64,000 nucleotides of DNA, from assembly GCA_044868145.1 (NCBI GenBank), contig JBIOWE010000013.1, positions 6,611-70,610 on the forward strand, written 5' to 3'. A program made the translations under genes and the position numbers. Below are positions 7,832-18,157 of the stretch, piece after piece; position 1 is the first letter of the stretch; every line of letters starts with the position of its first letter. Below the pieces are notes generated by a model. It worked only from the letters and a program-made list of their open reading frames with translations, searched no databases and was not told where the DNA came from. This DNA is from Patescibacteria group bacterium (GTDB lineage Bacteria; Patescibacteriota; Patescibacteriia; UBA10025; JBIOWE01).

Positions 7832-10384
7832 TCACAAATTCCGCTCGCCCATAGCCGGCCCTTGGATGGCTTGCGGTTCGCCCAGGCGCGAACGCTGGAG
7901 GATCTGCTGCTCCACCTGCGCTTTATCGTTACCGAAGCGCTTGCGGGAATTCTCGATGATTTGCCTGGCTTTATTTGCATCACCCGGAGCCAAAGGGAAC
8001 GTTTGCATATTGAACGGCTTAGAAACCGTATTATTGATGAGCAGCTTCACGTTTGCCGTGTACATTTCGACGTTCATGACGTCGTACTCGTTAAAAACTG
8101 GCGCGAATTCCTTGGCAATTGTTTCCGCGTCTTCCACGCCGACGCGAAACGCAACCATTGTTCCGACGTTACCAAAAACCGCGTCGCGGATCTTGGTATC
8201 CTGGCCCTGCACGAGCTGCGTGATAAATTGGTGAGCAATGGTCAGGTTTAGCCGATATTTTCGGGCTTCGGACAGAATGGTGGCGATACTTTCCGTCACA
8301 AAATTTTGAAACTCATCAATATATAAATAAAAGTCCTTGCGCTGTTCCTGCGGAAGTCCCGCGCGCCGCATAGCTGCCATTTGGAGTTTGGATGTAATAA
8401 TCAAGCCGAGCAAACTGCTGTTGACCTCACCGGTCATGCCTTTCGCCAGGTTCACGAGCAGAATTTTTTGATTGTTCATCACGTCGGAAAAGTCGAATCC
8501 GGATTTCTGTTGCCCGATGATGTTGCGCATCATCGTGTTTTCCACGAACCGACCAACTTTGGAAATAATGTAGCCGAGCATTTCGGACTTATGGAAGTCC
8601 GACGTTTTCGCCATTTCCTTCTCCCAGAACGCGCGCACAACCGGGTCCTTTACTTTTTGCACTTTATACCGCTGGAACCCGATGTCCGTGAACATGCGCG
8701 GGATTTCAGCGATGGTTCCAGGATCCGACTGGTCTTCCATGAGCGTGAGCATGACGTTACGCATGTTATGCTCAAACATCGGTCCGATCATTTCCGGCGG
8801 AAACAATTTATAGAAAATGGCGACCATCTCCTGGACCGCAAAATCTTTTTCTTCCGGCGTCTGCGCCTCAAGCATGTTCAGGCCCATCGGCCGCTCCATG
8901 TCCGAAGGATTAAAATAGATAACGTCGTTCATTCGGCGCTCCGGAATATGCTCGAGCACGGCTTTCACAAGATCGCCGTGCGGGTCAATGACCGCGACCC
9001 CCGCGCCCTGCTCGATATCTTGGATAATCATATTGGTCATCAACACGGATTTTCCCGTGCCGGACTTACCGATAACGTACACATGCCGCCTGCGATCATC
9101 GATTTGAATACGCACGGGCCGTTCTTCTCCGCGGTAGAGATTTCTGCCAAGGACAATCCCCTGGCTCGGGAGATCAACAGGCGCGGGCGCTTTTCGGCTG
9201 CCGAGCCAGCGTATATTCGGGGTTTCCGTGGCTGGCAGGGGGAAATGGAATAAAGACGCCAGCTCCTCTGTATTCAGCACAAGGCGTTTGCCTTCACTGA
9301 ATTGTCGATAGATAAAACTGCGCAACATTGCGGGCAAAGACATCGGATCATGGCGAATGAATCCGTTCCCATACTCATAGAGCGTGTATTGCGTGAACGA
9401 GTCAATGATATTCCGGAGCGCGAGCTGGGTGCGTTCGTGCGACGGGCCAGAAACGACAACCCTAATATTGAGGTCAAATCCGGCCTTTGAAGTCTTTTGT
9501 TCTACGCTTTGTAAAACCTGCTGCTCCATTGGCGACAGACGATAGGGCATGTCGAGCTCCTTTGGTTTCTTCGGAAAAAATACATGGAAGAGCTCAAACA
9601 GGAACCCGACAAGACCGCTTTTGCCAACCGCTTCCCGAAGCGTTTTGCCCTGTTGCATCTCCCGTGCGACCCTGGCGCCCCAATTATGCCAACTCGCTTT
9701 AGCCGAACGAACGACAAATTGAATCACGGCGCCTTCTTCCGGCCCGATTTTCGACAAACTATTCGTGAGCGCGTTCAACGGATCAACCGACATACCCATA
9801 TAGGTTTGAAGCGCAAAGATATATGGCCGTTTCAAACGCAATGTTGTGCCCATCGTAACGCTATGGGGTCGGAAAATATTGTAATCCTCCACTTCCTCAA
9901 TTTGCGCGGCCGGATACTGCGCATGGATTTGTTGCTCCATGAACTGCCGGCGATAGAGCGGAACAACCACATAAAACGAAATGAGCCCGCGGTCAGCAAC
10001 AATTTCAAACGAGAAATGATCGTGCCGACCAAACAAAAAAGCGCCGAACCCGCGTTGGGCGCGCATGCCCCCGAGCACTTTCATCAGCGCTTCTGCAGGC
10101 GCAAGGTCATCAACGATTGTTTGCTTCACGCCGCCTCTCTCTTCGCGTTGTTCCTGCTCCGCCGCTTCTTTTGGCACAGTGACCAAAAGCACAACATTGC
10201 GAAAACTCGTGGGCACGCTTCTCTCGCGGCGGAGTATTCGCCGCAAAATAACCAACGCCGCCGCCAAGAATAACAATCCGACGCCTGCGAAGAGCAGCGC
10301 GCTGGCGAAGTGAGGACCGAGCAAAGAGCCAAGGCTTGGGGCGGCGAGCGTCGGAGAAAGTGTTTGAGCGTGCGCAACGGGCAT
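7832..10384 (-). CDS. VirD4/TraD/HerA-like P-loop ATPase with N-terminal membrane anchor (conserved CPR secretion/DNA-translocation ATPase)
   Basis: DRRRHVYVIGKSGTGKS (Walker A), IDPHGD, LYIDEFQNF (Walker B), SEARKYRL, FGNVGT. Confidence 0.9.
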   Translation of the reverse strand: MPVAHAQTLSPTLAAPSLGSLLGPHFASALLFAGVGLLFLAAALVILRRILRRERSVPTSFRNVVLLVTVPKEAAEQEQREERGGVKQTIVDDLAPAEALMKVLGGMRAQRGFGAFLFGRHDHFSFEIVADRGLISFYVVVPLYRRQFMEQQIHAQYPAAQIEEVEDYNIFRPHSVTMGTTLRLKRPYIFALQTYMGMSVDPLNALTNSLSKIGPEEGAVIQFVVRSAKASWHNWGARVAREMQQGKTLREAVGKSGLVGFLFELFHVFFPKKPKELDMPYRLSPMEQQVLQSVEQKTSKAGFDLNIRVVVSGPSHERTQLALRNIIDSFTQYTLYEYGNGFIRHDPMSLPAMLRSFIYRQFSEGKRLVLNTEELASLFHFPLPATETPNIRWLGSRKAPAPVDLPSQGIVLGRNLYRGEERPVRIQIDDRRRHVYVIGKSGTGKSVLMTNMIIQDIEQGAGVAVIDPHGDLVKAVLEHIPERRMNDVIYFNPSDMERPMGLNMLEAQTPEEKDFAVQEMVAIFYKLFPPEMIGPMFEHNMRNVMLTLMEDQSDPGTIAEIPRMFTDIGFQRYKVQKVKDPVVRAFWEKEMAKTSDFHKSEMLGYIISKVGRFVENTMMRNIIGQQKSGFDFSDVMNNQKILLVNLAKGMTGEVNSSLLGLIITSKLQMAAMRRAGLPQEQRKDFYLYIDEFQNFVTESIATILSEARKYRLNLTIAHQFITQLVQGQDTKIRDAVFGNVGTMVAFRVGVEDAETIAKEFAPVFNEYDVMNVEMYTANVKLLINNTVSKPFNMQTFPLAPGDANKARQIIENSRKRFGNDKAQVEQQILQRSRLGEPQAIQGPAMGERNL

Positions 10385-10386
10385 AC

Positions 10387-10914
10387 TTATTCGCCGCGCC
10401 GGCGGAGGCGCAACAGGCGGTCAGTTTTTATTTTTGCTTCCTGTTCCAAGAAAAAACGGTTCACGCTTGGAATGAGGCGCAACCAATCCTTGATCAAATT
10501 GAGAATTTCCTTCACGCGCACCTTGGCTTCTTGCAAGAGTTGCGCAATCTTTGACGCGGCCTGTTCGCCGACGCGCTTGAATTGCATCTGCTCTTGCGGC
10601 GTCATTTGCAAAAACATTTCCTGGAGGTTTTCTGAAAGAATGGCTTCCACGTCGTGCACGAGCGGGCTCACCGGTTGCGGAGGAATAGGGCTAGCGGATT
10701 GCCCAGGCGCAGGGTAGGCCATTGGCTGTTCTCGCTCTTGAGGTATTGTCGCTTCCTGCTCTGGCCGAGCTTCTGAGCCAAGTTCCTTGATTTGTTCAGG
10801 TCTTGTTTCAGTGCCTTGGCTGTGCTCCATCCGTCTCCGTTCAACCGCAGAAAAAATATCCTCAACTGATTCTCGTTCAGGTCTTGTTCGTTTATCTTTT
10901 TGCGTACCATTCAT
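10387..10914 (-). CDS. conserved hypothetical protein in an operon with the ATPase
   Basis: C-terminal WLRLIPSVNRFFLEQEAKIKTD; ends 2 bp before the ATPase start. Confidence 0.75.
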   Translation of the reverse strand: MNGTQKDKRTRPERESVEDIFSAVERRRMEHSQGTETRPEQIKELGSEARPEQEATIPQEREQPMAYPAPGQSASPIPPQPVSPLVHDVEAILSENLQEMFLQMTPQEQMQFKRVGEQAASKIAQLLQEAKVRVKEILNLIKDWLRLIPSVNRFFLEQEAKIKTDRLLRLRRRGE

Positions 10915-11047
10915 ATGAACTGTTTTATTATATCATTTTTTTGCGATTTTTGCAACCTTTTCCGCACACCTCTTGACAAAAATCCTGCGGCATGGTAGTA
11001 TGACGCGTTGAAGAAAAAATTAAAAACAAATTTAAAAAGGAGGAGTA

Positions 11048-11617
11048 ATGAAACGGTTAGCTCTTTTTATAGCAATCATTACAGGAATGGTAGTATCGGG
11101 TTGCGGGAGATATGCCGCTCGAATGGACATTTCTCCAAAAGGTGCAAAAGCGCATGCCTACTACAGAGCAAACTTCGAGATCAAGGATAAGATGCAGGTC
11201 GAACGCATTCCCCACGATCGCCACGGTTGGGATCCGGTTTGGGCACATGAAACAGCTCTTCCGATACATCCAGGCGGAGAAGAAATCATAAAATTCGACC
11301 GCTACGAAGTGGAGTATATAGTGCGCCCGGGATCAAACCCCCCATTGCTGCTGGAAGCGGTTCGGTATTCCATTGACGGAGAACCAAGCATACCAGTGAA
11401 ACCATGGCGTTACAATAACATCAACCTGTATGTTTTCAAAATAAAAAACTTTCAGGATGGTGCCTGGCATACTATCCGCGTCGAACAACTCTACATGAAG
11501 AATCCATACTACCCCGAGTCGCCGAATGAAGAGCAGAAGTATGAAGAATTTTATTTCAACGTGCTCTTCTGCTCGAGTAACTCAAACTCCGATTGCTTCT
11601 GGGAACCCAATTGGTAA
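11048..11617 (+). CDS. putative lipoprotein
   Basis: Lipobox VVSG-C, SD AGGAGG, promoter TTGACA(10973)-17-TAGTAT, terminator at 11633-11668. Confidence 0.75.
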   Translation: MKRLALFIAIITGMVVSGCGRYAARMDISPKGAKAHAYYRANFEIKDKMQVERIPHDRHGWDPVWAHETALPIHPGGEEIIKFDRYEVEYIVRPGSNPPLLLEAVRYSIDGEPSIPVKPWRYNNINLYVFKIKNFQDGAWHTIRVEQLYMKNPYYPESPNEEQKYEEFYFNVLFCSSNSNSDCFWEPNW

Positions 11618-11715
11618 ACCCAAGAATGACTGAGGGGGCGCGCTCTATTATCAAGCGGCCCCTTTTTTATTTACAAAAAAGCAATTCTATGATATAACAG
11701 GGGCGAAAGAATCCT

Positions 11716-12171
11716 ATGCCGCAGCCACAAATCATTGAACAAGGCGTCCAAACCAAAACAAAGATCACAACCTCGTTAACCGTCGGGATGACCATGCTCG
11801 CATCGTTATTTCTCGGCGCGACATTTGTGAACGCGATGATTGCCGCGTGGCCTTGGAGCGACAATGCGTATTTGCTCCGAGACGTGACGCCGCCTGACGT
11901 GATGATTATCGGACCAGCAAATGGGACAGCGATCAACGACCTCGCCCGGATAGACGTGGAGGCAACCGATACGAACGATATAAAATATGTTGTGCTCTAC
12001 GCGAACGACCTTACCTTGGCAACAGACGCGGACGGAACCGACGGCTGGGCCTTTGCCTGGTTGACTATCAATCATCCAAACGGCGACTATACGCTAACCG
12101 CGGAAGCGTTTGATCTGTATGGCAATCGCGGGCGTAGCGAACCTGTAACCGTCATCGTCAACAATCAGTAG
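11716..12171 (+). CDS. membrane-anchored bacterial Ig-like (Big) domain protein
   Basis: TM followed by DVTPPDVMI...PANG...VEATD...NGDYTLTAEAFDLYGN...VTVIVNN. Confidence 0.8.
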   Translation: MPQPQIIEQGVQTKTKITTSLTVGMTMLASLFLGATFVNAMIAAWPWSDNAYLLRDVTPPDVMIIGPANGTAINDLARIDVEATDTNDIKYVVLYANDLTLATDADGTDGWAFAWLTINHPNGDYTLTAEAFDLYGNRGRSEPVTVIVNNQ

Positions 12172-12204
12172 TGTGCGGGCAGTAATCAATCCAATAAAAA
12201 CAAA

Positions 12205-12999
12205 ATGGAGCCAACAGCCCCACAGATAAACCAGCAAGTTTCAAGCGACCACCCTCGCGTTTTGCATCCGATTGATTGGAGATTGCAATCTCAACAATAT
12301 GGTACAGCGCTCCTCGTTGCTGCACCGCTTTTTACGGTTCTTTCGATTTACCTTTTCTATCGTCGCGGCTACTACGATCTCTTCATTGCCAATAAAATTT
12401 TCGCAGGTGTAGCTGCAGTGATGCTCGGCATTGTACTCATCATTGGACCATTAAGCCGCCTATTCAATAAATTCGACCACTATCTGCAGTATCGAAAAGA
12501 ACTTGGTATTATTGCTTTTCTCCTTGCTTTCGTCCATGCCATAGCTTCATTATTCTTGTTACCTACCCACTTCCCGCTCATACGATATGTGACGACAGGT
12601 TTGTGGCCATTCGTGTTTGGCCTCGCAAGTCTCTTTGTCCTTCTGTTTATTTTGATTATATCGAATGCGTGGGGACGGCGTGCGCTCGGCGGAGCTCGAT
12701 GGTGGCGCATACAGAATTGGGGCGTACGTATCGCATTCGTCTTGCTTGCGCTCCATGTTGGGATTATGAAATTCCCGAGCTGGGTCTCCTGGTACCAAGA
12801 GGGCGGTTCTCAGGACTTGGTACATCCGGAATGGCCAGGCGCTGGCATGCTTATCGCCTGGCTCATGGCTTTCGTGATACTATTCCGTCTAATGGAGTAT
12901 ATGAACCCTGCGCTAGGCAAGATTGGATGGTACATGATCGTTATTGGGCTCCCAGTTGTATACGTTTTTACCTTTCTGTGGGGCTCACGCTTCGCGTAA
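12205..12999 (+). CDS. ferric reductase-like transmembrane protein (MsrQ-like)
   Basis: [10 protein letters not shown]...H and ISN...[10 protein letters not shown]...LH; multiple TMs. Confidence 0.75.
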   Translation: MEPTAPQINQQVSSDHPRVLHPIDWRLQSQQYGTALLVAAPLFTVLSIYLFYRRGYYDLFIANKIFAGVAAVMLGIVLIIGPLSRLFNKFDHYLQYRKELGIIAFLLAFVHAIASLFLLPTHFPLIRYVTTGLWPFVFGLASLFVLLFILIISNAWGRRALGGARWWRIQNWGVRIAFVLLALHVGIMKFPSWVSWYQEGGSQDLVHPEWPGAGMLIAWLMAFVILFRLMEYMNPALGKIGWYMIVIGLPVVYVFTFLWGSRFA

Positions 13000-13048
13000 A
13001 ACAACAAGGAAGCAAGAATTTATTTATCTTTTTATCCCACTGAATATC

Positions 13049-14008
13049 ATGCTCGACCCAACAACATCACCACTTTTGATAATTTTCGTGGTGCTCGCCA
13101 TTGTCATCCTCTGGCTGTATCGAGAGAACGTAAAATTCACGAGTCGGTTTCGAGTGCTTGACGTGTACTCAAAAGACCTGACCGCCATGGCGAGGAAAGG
13201 CCTTTTGGATCCGGTGATTGGCCGTGATCACGAAATTGAACGGGTACTGCAAATCCTTTCTCGACGAACAAAAAATAATCCTTTGCTCGTAGGAAAGTCT
13301 GGAGTCGGAAAAACGGCGATCGTCGAAGGATTAGCGCAAAAGATAGCCTCTGGCAACGTGCCGATACCGCTTTTAAAAAAACGAGTTGTGGCGCTTGACC
13401 TGTCCGGCCTCGTTGCGGGAACAAAGTACCGAGGCGAGTTTGAAAAACGTTTGAAGAGCCTGGTTGACGAGATTATCGCGGCGCAGCGCACCATTATCCT
13501 GTTTGTTGACGAAATTCATTCGCTCGCGGAAGCCGGTGAAGCGACCGGGGCCATCAACGCGGCGGACATTCTGAAGCCCGCGCTCGCACGCGGCGAATTG
13601 CAAGTCGTTGGCGCGACAACGTATGAAGACTACAATTCCTATGTCCAAAAAGATTCAACCCTGGCGCGACGGTTCCAGCCCGTGACCATCGAGGAGCCAA
13701 CAAAAGAACAAACATTCAGCATCCTGCAGGGAATCCGAAAACGATACGAAGCTCATCACAACGTGCGTATCTCGGACGAAGCGCTCAAGCGGGCGATTGA
13801 ATTAGCGGACAAATATCTGAAGGTGCGGGTTTTTCCCGATAAAGCAATTGACTTGATCGATGAGGCGTCTGCGAAAGTCCGGCTCGCTGCATTGGAGCAA
13901 AAACCAACAGCCAAACCCCTCGCTGTTTCCGGCAAGGACGTTGATGCGATTATGGAAGAATGGAGAACCGAGTGGACCGAAAAGCTGGGTAGTCAGCAAA
14001 CGACATAA
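13049..14008 (+). CDS. membrane-anchored single-domain ClpA/B/C-type AAA+ ATPase (NBD1 only)
   Basis: TM, then [65 protein letters not shown]; ends without NBD2. Confidence 0.88.
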   Translation: MLDPTTSPLLIIFVVLAIVILWLYRENVKFTSRFRVLDVYSKDLTAMARKGLLDPVIGRDHEIERVLQILSRRTKNNPLLVGKSGVGKTAIVEGLAQKIASGNVPIPLLKKRVVALDLSGLVAGTKYRGEFEKRLKSLVDEIIAAQRTIILFVDEIHSLAEAGEATGAINAADILKPALARGELQVVGATTYEDYNSYVQKDSTLARRFQPVTIEEPTKEQTFSILQGIRKRYEAHHNVRISDEALKRAIELADKYLKVRVFPDKAIDLIDEASAKVRLAALEQKPTAKPLAVSGKDVDAIMEEWRTEWTEKLGSQQTT

Positions 14009-14116
14009 ACCAAAACAAAAAGAGGCGACAAGCATTGGCCTCTTTTTTTATTTTCTTAACTTGGTCTTTAGCCTAAGGACTGAAGGGCTATTTGGCTGAA
14101 AGGCTGATAAGCTCGT

Positions 14117-14704
14117 TTACGCTTCTTTTTTCTCCACAGGCTCCCCCCGTAACACAATCATAGCAAGAACTGGCCCGACAATCCAGATAAATCGCGCCAG
14201 ATCTGTGGTAAACACTTGTTGCGTGAGCGGCTGCAGGCGCTGGACTGCTTCCGCTGGCAAGAAGGAGAGAATAATACTGACGAGCAGACCCACGTGCAAA
14301 ACGCTATAGATAATAACGTGAAAAAATGAGCCGGCAGTATCGGCTTTCGCCGCGATCGTGCGCATGAGCGCGGATCGGGAAAGCAGGAAAAAGAGAATAA
14401 TAAAAACGGCGATAAACGCCGATATACGGAAAACAAACAGCGAGCTTACAACCTTATTAATGCTTTCTTGAACCGCCGCTTGGTTGATATAGGGCGCGTG
14501 CTCAACAATTGCGAGGGACATGTACGTGGAAACAAGCAGCACAAGCACCCGGTCACGGCCGAGGGACATGCCATACAGGAACGCGCCTACAAGAAAAAAC
14601 AGGATGATAAACAAATCCCAGGTGGGCTTTGACCAATCAATGCTGGAAAAAAACGACGCAGCGGTCGTTGATGATTCTTGCGCAAGCGCGACACCAAAGA
14701 ACAT
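14117..14704 (-). CDS. conserved multi-pass membrane protein
   Basis: About 5 TM segments; lies downstream of dnaJ. Confidence 0.7.
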   Translation of the reverse strand: MFFGVALAQESSTTAASFFSSIDWSKPTWDLFIILFFLVGAFLYGMSLGRDRVLVLLVSTYMSLAIVEHAPYINQAAVQESINKVVSSLFVFRISAFIAVFIILFFLLSRSALMRTIAAKADTAGSFFHVIIYSVLHVGLLVSIILSFLPAEAVQRLQPLTQQVFTTDLARFIWIVGPVLAMIVLRGEPVEKKEA

Positions 14705-14772
14705 ACGATAACGTTAAGTATTTCAAGCACAGTATATCACAAAACCAGCAACATTTCAACGGTTATCGCGCG

Positions 14773-15891
14773 CTATGACGATGACTGGTCCAACTCCTCG
14801 AGTAATGCTTTCTGTCTGCGCGAAAGATGTGTTGGCGTTTTCACCTGCACAGTCACAAAATGATCGCCGCGGCCCGAACGATTCAGATGCGGAACACCTT
14901 TGCCGCGCAAGCGGAATACTTTCCCGGCCTGCGTGCCTGCCGGAATCTTAAGCTGTTCTGGGCCATCAAGCGCATTGACCATCAGAGTCGTTCCAAGCGC
15001 GGCCTGGGGAAACGTTATTTCCTGCGTGGTGTGAATATCGTCGTCGCGGCGCTCAAACTCTGGATCCGCCTCGACGCGAACCGTTATGTACAAATCCCCC
15101 GACTCACTACCCTTTTTGCCGGCTTCTCCTTTGCCAGAAAGACGAATTTGTTGGCCTGAATTAATACCAGCGGGAATATGGACCTTGATTGTTTCTTCCT
15201 CGCGTACGCGGCCCTCGCCTTTGCAGCGGCCGCACTTTTCACGGGCAATCTTGCCTTCACCCTGGCATTCTGGGCACACGCCAACCGAGCGCACTTGACC
15301 GAGGATCGTGCTGCGTACCTGCTCAACCTCACCCGATCCAGCGCAGGTGGGGCATGTTTCGATTTTTGTCCCTGGCTCTGCACCATTACCGCGACACCGT
15401 GGACAGCGCACTTCTTTGACTAAGCTTACCACGCGCTCACCGCCAAACACGGACTCGCGAAAAGTTAGTTCCATCTCTGTTTGAATATCACGCCCGCGTT
15501 CTCGTTCGGTCCGGCGTCTGCTGCGGCGCGTACTCCCAAACCCGAACAAATCGCCGAACATGTCGCCAAGGTCGCCGAAATCGAATTGTACGTTGTCTGT
15601 GCGAAACCCGCCGAACGGACCTCCCTGGCGGGCTAAATCTTCCCACGAGAATCCGCCAAACCCGCCCTGACGCTGGGCTTGATCAAACGTTTGCCCATAT
15701 TGATCGTATTGCTTGCGTTTTTCCGGATTTGATAATACTTGGTACGCTTCATTTATTTCTTTGAAGCGCGCTTCATCGCCGCCTTTTTTGTCAGGGTGAT
15801 GCTCGTGCGCGAGTTTGCGAAACGCGCGCTTAATATCGTCGGCAGTCGCGCCACGATCAACACCTAATATGTTGTAGTAGTCCTTTGCCAT
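14773..15891 (-). CDS. dnaJ: chaperone DnaJ
   Basis: J domain with HPD, G/F-rich region, four CxxCxGxG repeats. Confidence 0.97.
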   Translation of the reverse strand: MAKDYYNILGVDRGATADDIKRAFRKLAHEHHPDKKGGDEARFKEINEAYQVLSNPEKRKQYDQYGQTFDQAQRQGGFGGFSWEDLARQGGPFGGFRTDNVQFDFGDLGDMFGDLFGFGSTRRSRRRTERERGRDIQTEMELTFRESVFGGERVVSLVKEVRCPRCRGNGAEPGTKIETCPTCAGSGEVEQVRSTILGQVRSVGVCPECQGEGKIAREKCGRCKGEGRVREEETIKVHIPAGINSGQQIRLSGKGEAGKKGSESGDLYITVRVEADPEFERRDDDIHTTQEITFPQAALGTTLMVNALDGPEQLKIPAGTQAGKVFRLRGKGVPHLNRSGRGDHFVTVQVKTPTHLSRRQKALLEELDQSSS

Positions 15892-15967
15892 ATTTCAAAA
15901 AATCCTCAATTCGTAATCCGTAATTCGTAATATAATAATTCCCCAATGAGCGATTGCGAATTACGGA

Positions 15968-17008
15968 TTAACGCCTGAGCGCAACCCGTTCCGCCTCAAC
16001 TTGTATTTTCTCAATGGATAGGAAACGCATCCATTTCAAAATGGTGAACACAATAGTGCTGAATGTTTCGATCAGCGCTTTATATAGGAACGTAAAAATA
16101 CGCAATAGGAAAAAAAGCGCGAGCGCGAACAGAGCAGGCAGGAATTTTACATAGGGATCAACATATTGACTGATTTGGCGGCGCACGATTTTCTGCACGA
16201 CCGTATCCATTGTATCGGTGCCGTTCGCCTGAATGTGAAACGCGTCCAAAAAGCTTTGTCTGGCTTCAGTAAGCGCTTTCCCTTGCGCCTGCTTGACCGC
16301 TTCATTGATTATTTGCTCGGAAATGCCCGCGCCAATGCCAGCAGCGCCTGCGCCGGAAATGCCGCTCGTGCCGGCAATAAAGGCATCAAGGGTCATGGAC
16401 GGCTTATACTCTGGGTATGTGGTTGGAAGAATCTTGTTAATAGTATCAGCAATGCCGCGGACCAGGCTATCGACCACTCGTGATGAACCATTTGGGCCAG
16501 ATACAAGAAATCCGTAGTACGTAAAGGATACAGCGAGGATCGCGAGCCCGATCGCCGTAGACAAACCGGCCTGCACAACACGACGGGGAGTGAATTTTAA
16601 TCGCGACTGTAGGTCAAGGCGAATTTCCCGCTTCCAATAGAGAAACGCCAAAATAAGTAAAATCACCGAGATGACGGAGAAAAGAGAGATGGGAAAAAAG
16701 AGGAAGTGCGTTAATGCGGCAACACCGACAATGAGCAGCAAGAATAGTTTGTTGCTTACGACCATTTCCGTAATGCCTACAATCGCGAACATCAAGGAAA
16801 ACGCCAGAAACGCCGCGGCCATACTGAGAATGGTCGCGAGATTGACGACAAATGAGAAGTCGCCGGCAAAGATAAGATCCAGTGTCAACCAGAACAAGGC
16901 GGTGAGAACCACAACCAAGCAACCTAAAAAAACAATTTTGCCCGTTGGCTGGGGCAGGTTTTTTTCTGCTATCGGAGGTTGTGGCGGTGCCGGCTTCTCG
17001 ACTCTCAT
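15968..17008 (-). CDS. multi-pass membrane protein
   Basis: 346-aa ORF with 6-7 TMs. Confidence 0.75.
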   Translation of the reverse strand: MRVEKPAPPQPPIAEKNLPQPTGKIVFLGCLVVVLTALFWLTLDLIFAGDFSFVVNLATILSMAAAFLAFSLMFAIVGITEMVVSNKLFLLLIVGVAALTHFLFFPISLFSVISVILLILAFLYWKREIRLDLQSRLKFTPRRVVQAGLSTAIGLAILAVSFTYYGFLVSGPNGSSRVVDSLVRGIADTINKILPTTYPEYKPSMTLDAFIAGTSGISGAGAAGIGAGISEQIINEAVKQAQGKALTEARQSFLDAFHIQANGTDTMDTVVQKIVRRQISQYVDPYVKFLPALFALALFFLLRIFTFLYKALIETFSTIVFTILKWMRFLSIEKIQVEAERVALRR

Positions 17009-17058
17009 AGAATTGCCAATGGCTTATGGATGAAAAGCTGATTGGCTGTCAAGCTGAC

Positions 17059-17373
17059 TTAGGCTGTTTTAAACCCTATGCCTTCCGACTTTGGTGGCTC
17101 AGACGCCTGGAGGGTGCCGAACTTTGACTCGTACTTTTTGATATTGTCCGCAAGCGCGGCGAGAATACGCTTCGCATGCCCCGGCGACGTTAGTACGCGT
17201 GATGTCAGCAGCCCTTTTGGCGGATGGATCAACATGAAATCAAGCACAAATTCCTCTTTTGTGTGCGAGATCATCAAATTGTTCGAATACTTCCCTTTGA
17301 GCGTTTCGTTGTCCGCTTCGACCTGGATTTGTTGCTGCTGTCCATTCATATGTTTTCCTTTCATGGAACCCAT
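17059..17373 (-). CDS. DUF3467 family protein
   Basis: GKYSNN...HTKEEFVLDF...SRVLTSPGHAKR...YESKFG. Confidence 0.85.
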   Translation of the reverse strand: MGSMKGKHMNGQQQQIQVEADNETLKGKYSNNLMISHTKEEFVLDFMLIHPPKGLLTSRVLTSPGHAKRILAALADNIKKYESKFGTLQASEPPKSEGIGFKTA

Positions 17374-17409
17374 CGCACGCTAGAAAGCGTTCGCTGGGTT
17401 TAAATAATA

Positions 17410-17703
17410 TTATTCCAGAGCACCTTTTCTAAGGTGCGGCGAAGAAGTTTTGGATTGCATTTTTGCATCCCAAAGAGCGTTGGCGAGCATGCGCACGTTC
17501 GAATCAATCGTATTCATAATTATACCATGATTCGACTCTTTCATGGCGAAGAGCGACTGCCGGAATTCGGGATCTTTGGGCAACTTCAGCTTCCCAGAGT
17601 TGAATTGTTCCGCCAAATATCGAAGCTTCGGTTCCCATTCACGGAACCGCTTTTCTCGCGCTTTTTGCAATATGTCTTTGTATGGACCAAGTTGATTTTC
17701 CAT
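17410..17703 (-). CDS. hypothetical protein, weak resemblance to Avs1c-like small proteins
   Basis: 97-aa ORF with pattern L-x-E-x-x-x-GK...SL...TIDSNVRMLAN. Confidence 0.55.
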   Translation of the reverse strand: MENQLGPYKDILQKAREKRFREWEPKLRYLAEQFNSGKLKLPKDPEFRQSLFAMKESNHGIIMNTIDSNVRMLANALWDAKMQSKTSSPHLRKGALE

Positions 17704-17719
17704 TTGTGTATGCTAAATT

Positions 17720-17840
17720 GTGAATAAGTCAGGTTCTTTCAACATTTTAACCCTTTTTGCAAAGGGAGGTGATGCAAAGCTCTTTACTTACTTCTATATG
17801 TCCTTCGCCTAACCGGGGCCCCTGGCTCCGGTTTTTATTT
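17720..17840 (+). ncRNA. candidate SD-bearing small RNA (unit 0 of the array)
   Basis: TATGCT at 17709, boxA-like GTTCTTTCAACA, AAGGGAGGTGATGCAAA, terminator AACCGGGGCC/GGCTCCGGTT followed by Ts. Confidence 0.4.
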
Positions 17841-17854
17841 GTGGATAAATCGTT

Positions 17855-17994
17855 TTGACAATAAGGAGGCCGCGAAGTAAACTAAAGGTAGGTGTACTTT
17901 TTCTTAAATAGGTTTGGCGCTTACCACTCCCCAAGCCAACCAAACCACCTCTCCCTACAGAGGACCCGAGCAAAAAATGCTTGGGTCTTTTTTT
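17855..17994 (+). ncRNA. small RNA gene 1 of tandem array (promoter included)
   Basis: TTGACA-17-TAAACT; GGTTTGG(17911)/CCAAACC(17940) stem; terminator 17963-17994. Confidence 0.7.
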
Positions 17995-18007
17995 GCGTGG
18001 CAAACGG

Positions 18008-18144
18008 TTGACACGAACAAAGCTATGATGTATACTCAAGTTACTTCAATATGTTCCACGGTTTGGTGCTTGGCCCCCTAAGCTAGCCAAACCACTCCCT
18101 AGTTAGAGAGGACCAAGTCGGGTAATGACTTAGGTCCTTTTTTT
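18008..18144 (+). ncRNA. small RNA gene 2 of tandem array (promoter included)
   Basis: TTGACA-17-TATACT; GGTTTGG(18060)/CCAAACC(18087) stem; terminator 18110-18144. Confidence 0.72.
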
Positions 18145-18157
18145 GTGGATAACTCAT

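Noticed and set aside
7832-10384. Conjugative element/ICE suggested by the VirD4-like ATPase and VirB2-like pilin
   Set aside because: No relaxase, integrase or T4SS gene cluster is present. Both genes sit among housekeeping genes and are typical chromosomal CPR genes.
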